Of a stretch of 27,535 bases of DNA, positions 22,686-27,535 are shown piece after piece (position 1 is the stretch's first letter; each line of letters begins with the position of its first letter). The stretch is taken from the NCBI RefSeq assembly GCF_006345805.1, contig NW_021823604.1:1-27535 (forward strand). The letters are read 5' to 3'. Below the pieces are notes generated by a model. It did not search any database and was not told the origin of the DNA. It saw only the letters and a list, made by a program, of their open reading frames with translations. Both the position numbers and the translations under genes were made by a program. Source of the stretch: Octopus sinensis. Lineage: Eukaryota.

Positions 22686-22744
22686 TGTTGTGTTGTGTTG
22701 TGTGTGTTGCGTTGTGTGTGTTGTGTGTGTGTGTGTTGCGTTGT

Positions 22745-22782
<38 letters not shown>

Positions 22783-24250
22783 TGTTGTGTTGTGTGTGCT
22801 TGTGTTGTGTTGTGTTGTTTGTATGTGTTATGTGTGTGTGTGTGTGTGCGTGTGTGTGTGTGTTTGTGTGTCAGTATGTATGTGTGTCGGTAAGCCTGTA
22901 TTAGGGGTTACGCAAGTATTTACGCTATGTATTGTTAGTGTTGTTGCCATTGTTGTAGTTGTGTGTGTGTGTGCTTAAGTACAATAACACCCGCCTCACC
23001 AGCCGCCACCACCCGGCCCTCAATCACTTCAAAAGTCATTCATACACGGTTACCTAACCTCTTTACATTGTGCAATGGCGCTGTCCTTTTCACCGGAGAT
23101 GGTGGCAGTAGTAGTAGTGGTAAGAGGCAGCGGAGTAGGAGGGGACGCTGTGATAATAATAGGTGGTGGTGGTGGTGGTGGTGGTGTTCATGGTAGTTGT
23201 AGTGGTGATATTTGTAGTGGCGTTTGTAGTAGCGTTTATAGTAGTGTATTGATGGTGATGGTACTGGTGGTGGTGGTGGTGGTGGTGGTGGTGGTGTGTG
23301 GGGTGGTTTTTGTGATGGTGGTGGTGGTGGTGTGGGTATTGGTGATGGTGGTGGTGGTGGTGGTGGTGGTAGCAGTAGTGGTGTCGTTGGTGGTTGTAGT
23401 GTTTGTAGTAGTGGTAGTAGTGGTGATTGTAGTGATGGTGGTGGGTGGTGGTGGTGGTGGTGGTGGTGGCAGCAGTAGTAAAATAGTTGAACGGTTGGCT
23501 GTGATTACAATAAATGGGTATTTTGCCCTATTTCACTATAGTAATTCACACATTTCAGCAGACGCTAGTCGCTGTCTCTCGCTCTCTCTGCACAGGTACA
23601 CAAACACACACACACACACTCATACACACACACACACAACAAACACTCATACACACAAACGCACATACACACGCACACACACACAACAAACACAAACACA
23701 CAGACACACAGACACACACGCACAAGCACACGCACATACGAACATAGGCACACTTGCGCGCACACACACACAGAAGTACACGCACACAAATATGCACAGA
23801 CGCACTGGGACAGATGCACACAAGCACGTATGCACACACACGCACACACACACACATAAATGCACATACACACATGCACACAGACACACACATACACGCA
23901 CACACAGACGCACGCACGCACGCACGCATTCACACGTACATACACACATGAACACAAAAACACACACATATATAGCTGCACACACGCATAGGCACACATA
24001 CTCACGCACGCGCGCGCGCTCACGCACACACACATGGATACACAAAAACACACGCACGAACACACACACATACATGCACACGCATACGAGCACACTCGCA
24101 GATGCACACCCATACACACGTGCACACACACACACATGCACACGTACACATATGCACACACGCACACGTGCACAAACCACACGCCCACACTCCTACATTC
24201 ACACACCCCACACCCCTACAGACACACCCCTACACACACATGCATACATA
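22686..24250. repeat. (TG/TTGTG)n, (GGT/AGT)n and (CA/CACG)n simple-repeat block
   Basis: Directly visible. It accounts for the 420-aa Val/His-Thr ORF. Confidence 0.9.
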
Positions 24251-24362
24251 TTAAACCATTGTTTAAATGGAGAAAACATGGTTAAGCACACCCTCGAAGA
24301 AGAACACCCCAAAATTCTTAACATCTGTAAAATATAGGAAACCATACCTAAATATTTAGACG

Positions 24363-25022
24363 TAGGGGTAGGCATGGCTGAGTGGTAAGGAACTTGCTTC
24401 CTAGCCACATGGTTCTGGGTTCAGTCTCGTTGCTTGGCACCTTAGGCAAGTGTTTGCTATTATAGGCTTGGGTCGACCAAAGCTTTGTTAGTGGATTTGG
24501 GAGAAGGAAACCGAATGAAACCCGTCGTGTACATATATGGCTCTGTGTGTGTGTGCATGTGTGTGTGTGTGTCCATGTGTGTGTGGTTGTGTGTGCGTGT
24601 GTGTATATGCAAAAATGCGTCTACGAGTGTGTGCGTGTGTACGTGTGCGTGTGTACGTGTGCGTGTGTACGTGTGCGTGCGTGCGTGTGTACGTGTGCGT
24701 GCGTGCGTGCGCATGTGTGTGTGCGCGTGTGTGCTCGTGTGTATGCACGTGCGTGTGTGGTGTGTGTGTGTGTATGTGCGTGTGCAAAATTGCGTATGTA
24801 TGTGTTTCTATATCTGTGTCTGTGTTAGCCATTCTTCCCACCGCTTGACAACCGGTGCTAGCATGTTAACGTCCCCGCAACTTAGCGGTTCGGCCAAAGC
24901 GATTGATAAAATAAGCAGCAGACTTGGAAAAACAATTACCACCGGTGCCGATTCATTCAACAAAATTCTTCAATCGGAGTCCCAGTATGGCCGCAGTCTA
25001 ATGACTGAAAGAGGTAAACGAA
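24363..25022 (+). mobile_element. Family B SINE with about 300-bp internal microsatellite
   Basis: GGCATGGCTGAGTGGTAAG A-box-like, GGGTTCAGTC B-box-like, CACCTTAGGCAAGTG CORE-like, (TG/TGCG)n at about 24530-24825, and the 3' module CGCTTGACAACC...GTATGGCCGCAGTCTAATGACTGAAA. Confidence 0.85.
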
Positions 25023-25023
25023 A

Positions 25024-25144
25024 GCTGAGTGGACTGGGGCGACGTGAAATAAAGTGTTCTACCAATAACATACCTCGCGGCCGGGAATCGAACTCACAAT
25101 CTCACGCTCGTGAGCCGAATATCCTAACCACTAGTTCACGTGCT
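25024..25144 (-). mobile_element. tRNA-derived SINE 5' fragment (another subfamily)
   Basis: The minus strand reads CACGTGAACTAGTGGTTAGGATATTCGGCTCACG...GAGTTCGATTCCCGG (A and B boxes), then ACACTTTATTTCACGTCGCCCCAGTCCACTCAGC. Confidence 0.7.
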
Positions 25145-25218
25145 GCTAGTTTGCCACTCGATGTGTATTTATACAGGTAAGAAAACCTTATTAAAGGTGT
25201 GAATTGCGTATGATATAT

Positions 25219-25368
25219 ATTTCTTTATTGCCCACAAGGGGCTAAACATAGAGGAGACAAACAAGGACAGACATAGGTATTAAGTCGATTATATCGACCC
25301 CTGTGCGTAAATAGTACTTAATTTATCGACCCCGAAAGGATGAAAGGCAAAGTCGACCTCCGCGGATA
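25219..25368 (-). mobile_element. 5'-truncated family A SINE with 13-bp TSD
   Basis: Body and terminal tail only. The direct repeat GCGTATGATATAT lies at 25206-25218 and 25369-25381. Confidence 0.88.
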
Positions 25369-25448
25369 GCGTATGATATATTTTACAATTTCTTAAAAAC
25401 CTGAGTGAAAGGAATGTATATTTTATTCGAGGCAATAAATTAAATAAA

Positions 25449-25598
25449 GGGTCAAAGGTCAAGCAACAGATTAAGCACACATGTCGGTGTTGGGGTAGGG
25501 GCCAGGAAAAGAAATAAGAATATAAATTGCGATGGAAATGTTTATTGGATATAGGTCAGTATAAGGTCAGGTAAAGAATAATGGCTTAGCGCAGTTCA
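25449..25598 (+). promoter_or_regulatory. Candidate nuclear-receptor response module (DR1, DR5 and an extra half-site)
   Basis: GGGTCA-A-AGGTCA (25449-25461), AGGTCA-GTATA-AGGTCA (25553-25569) and AGTTCA (25593-25598). Confidence 0.35.
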
Positions 25599-26128
25599 GG
25601 GTAGTCTAAAAAAGGACTGAATTTAATATTTGTTTTATTATAAATATTTAATGTGCCACATGGAATTTATGAGAAAAAATATTTTACTTTCTCAACGTGT
25701 GTGTTTGTGTTGCGGTGTGTCAGTTTCTAAAATAATTGTACCTGTGTATGCTACCAGAGAAAAAGTTCTACGGTAAATTTATATTATATTTATATTTATA
25801 TATTACCCCTAGCGGCCGAAATTATACCAAGGGAGATCATTGTTTGTATATACTATTTGGTGGGATTAGAATTTTGAATTTGAAATTAAGAAAGCATAAG
25901 GGAAAAAAGGTGCATAAAATTCACATATTTAATTTTGGGGATCTTTTCGGTTTGAACGGCAGTTTTAACATAATTTCCAGGTAACTAAAAATTTTAAACT
26001 TCGTATGCTGGTAGAATGTGTTTATAAAACGTCTTTTTCTCTTGGCTTTATTGAGAAAATTCTATAGTTTGTAAGATATTTGTTGTTTTTTTTCTTCAAT
26101 TTCTGCAATTTCAACCAATCAATGACGT

Positions 26129-26442
26129 CATCCTTTCGGGGTCGATAAATTAAGTACCAGTTACGCACTGGGGTCGATATACTTGACTTAATCCATTTGT
26201 TTGTCCTTGTTTGTCCCCTCTGTGTTTAGCCCTTTGTGGGTAGTAAAGAAATAGGTATTACGTCTGCCGTTACCTTCTGAGTTCAAATTCCGCCGAAGTC
26301 GACTTTGTCTTTCATCCTTTCGGGGTCGATAAATTAAGTACCAGTTACGCACTGAGGTCGATGTAATCGACTTAATACCTTTGTCTGTCCTAGTTTGTCC
26401 CCTCTATGTTTAGCCCATTGTGGGCAATAAAAAAGAAATAAG
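26129..26442 (+). mobile_element. 5'-truncated family A SINE, two body units
   Basis: It starts at CATCCTTTCGGGGTCGATAAATTAAG, has an internal GGGTAGTAAAGAAATAGGTATT junction and ends GGGCAATAAAAAAG. Confidence 0.9.
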
Positions 26443-26737
26443 TAAAAGAAAAGAGGAAATGTTCTTAGATTTTATACTCAAGATATCGTTGTATAACAGG
26501 ATTTTTGTCCTTGGGTAGCAATTGTTATTTCCTATTTGCTTATCCCCAGAAAATATAAAAAATGGGTAACATTTCCTTAAAACTTTGCTTTTGTTACATT
26601 TATTCAAACTGCAAAGAATGCGTCTCAACACACGGCTATGAATCTCCCCCACTACTCCTGCTTAAGATCAAAGATGCGCATATTGTCAGCCACAAAGGGA
26701 TGTGCTCAACAGGTTAAGGTCAAGTAACTGACAAGCA

Positions 26738-27125
26738 AATCTGCGCTACTGAACAGAATATTTGCTATAATTTCTGTTTCCGCAACTCAGTAATGGAAAA
26801 TAGGTCAGTTTTAAACCATTGCTGTACAGGTAACGAAAGTATATTTTGAAGGCAATAGCAGTCATTGCTTTTGATTCCTAGATCGAAGCAAATAAGAAGT
26901 AACACTGACCAAATGCAAGAAAAAAATCTGTGGTTTTGAGCAGAATATTTGCTATAACGATATTTCTGCTTCAGTAACTCAACACTGAATCTGTTTGAAA
27001 TGTAATGGAAAATAGGTCAGTTTCAGAACATTGATGTCCAGGTCACAAAAGCAAAAAAATTGAAAGGAATAGTAGTGATTTCCTGTGATTTCAAGACAGA
27101 AGCAAATAGGGAATTAACACTTCCT
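26738..27125. repeat. Diverged tandem duplication (two units of about 190-214 bp)
   Basis: Shared blocks CAGAATATTTGCTATAA (26754, 26941), TAATGGAAAATAGGTCAGTTT (26791, 27003) and GAAGCAAATA (26885, 27099). Confidence 0.8.
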
Positions 27126-27535
27126 GAACAAAGACAAAAACAAATAAAAAAAACTGATAATAAATAAATAAATAATAAAATTTTGTTGCACAGTGTTTCC
27201 AAGAAATTCTACCGCTTGAAAATATCTTATAGCAGCCAGTAATCCCATTTTTTAACCCCAAATTCATAAACCGTTTTCAGATACACTCTTTGAGGTGTAG
27301 ATGTTGGCTTATATATACTAATTCTCCATAAAGACCTTCGTTAAATAAGAATTCTTTGTTGATACATAAGCAGTGTAAATAAAAATTCTCTTTCATAATC
27401 ATGTTCGCTAGTAACAACAATCGGATTATCGAAAACTGTTAGAAGCCTCTGGAATAAGTAGCAGTAAATTATATTTGATGCGTTTAAGTAGCATTAAATT
27501 GTATTTAGTATGTTTAAGAAGCAGTAAACTTTATT

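Noticed and set aside
23075-24337. 420-aa ORF (poly-Val/Gly then His-Thr)
   Set aside because: It is a translation of (GGT)n and (CA)n microsatellites with no domain. The same applies to the many CV/HT/YI-rich ORFs across the window.
24485-25180. 231-aa ORF with non-repetitive C-terminus
   Set aside because: It reads through a family B SINE and an adjacent antisense SINE head.

Overview
AT-rich, microsatellite-dense eukaryotic genomic DNA. The SINE families and simple-repeat landscape point to a coleoid cephalopod, probably Octopus (inference). The only credible gene is an uninterrupted FoxB forkhead transcription factor ORF (15201-16226, +), with an eh1-like motif and a conserved PVPIKP motif. 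The rest is a mosaic of tRNA-derived SINEs (one expanded into a 5-unit tandem array, two with clear TSDs), an R4/Dong-like retrotransposon remnant in (TAA)n just downstream of FoxB, RTE-like LINE remnants, a possible Helitron-like end and many simple repeats. The most notable items are a minimal type I hammerhead-ribozyme motif in a (TA)n-embedded insertion nested in a SINE (21271-21314, -), a perfect DR1 plus DR5 nuclear-receptor site pair (25449-25569), and a Pbx/homeodomain site cluster about 1 kb upstream of FoxB. Almost all other ORFs in the track are microsatellite artefacts. I found no convincing evidence of a new multi-gene system. All family assignments are from motif recognition, not database searches.
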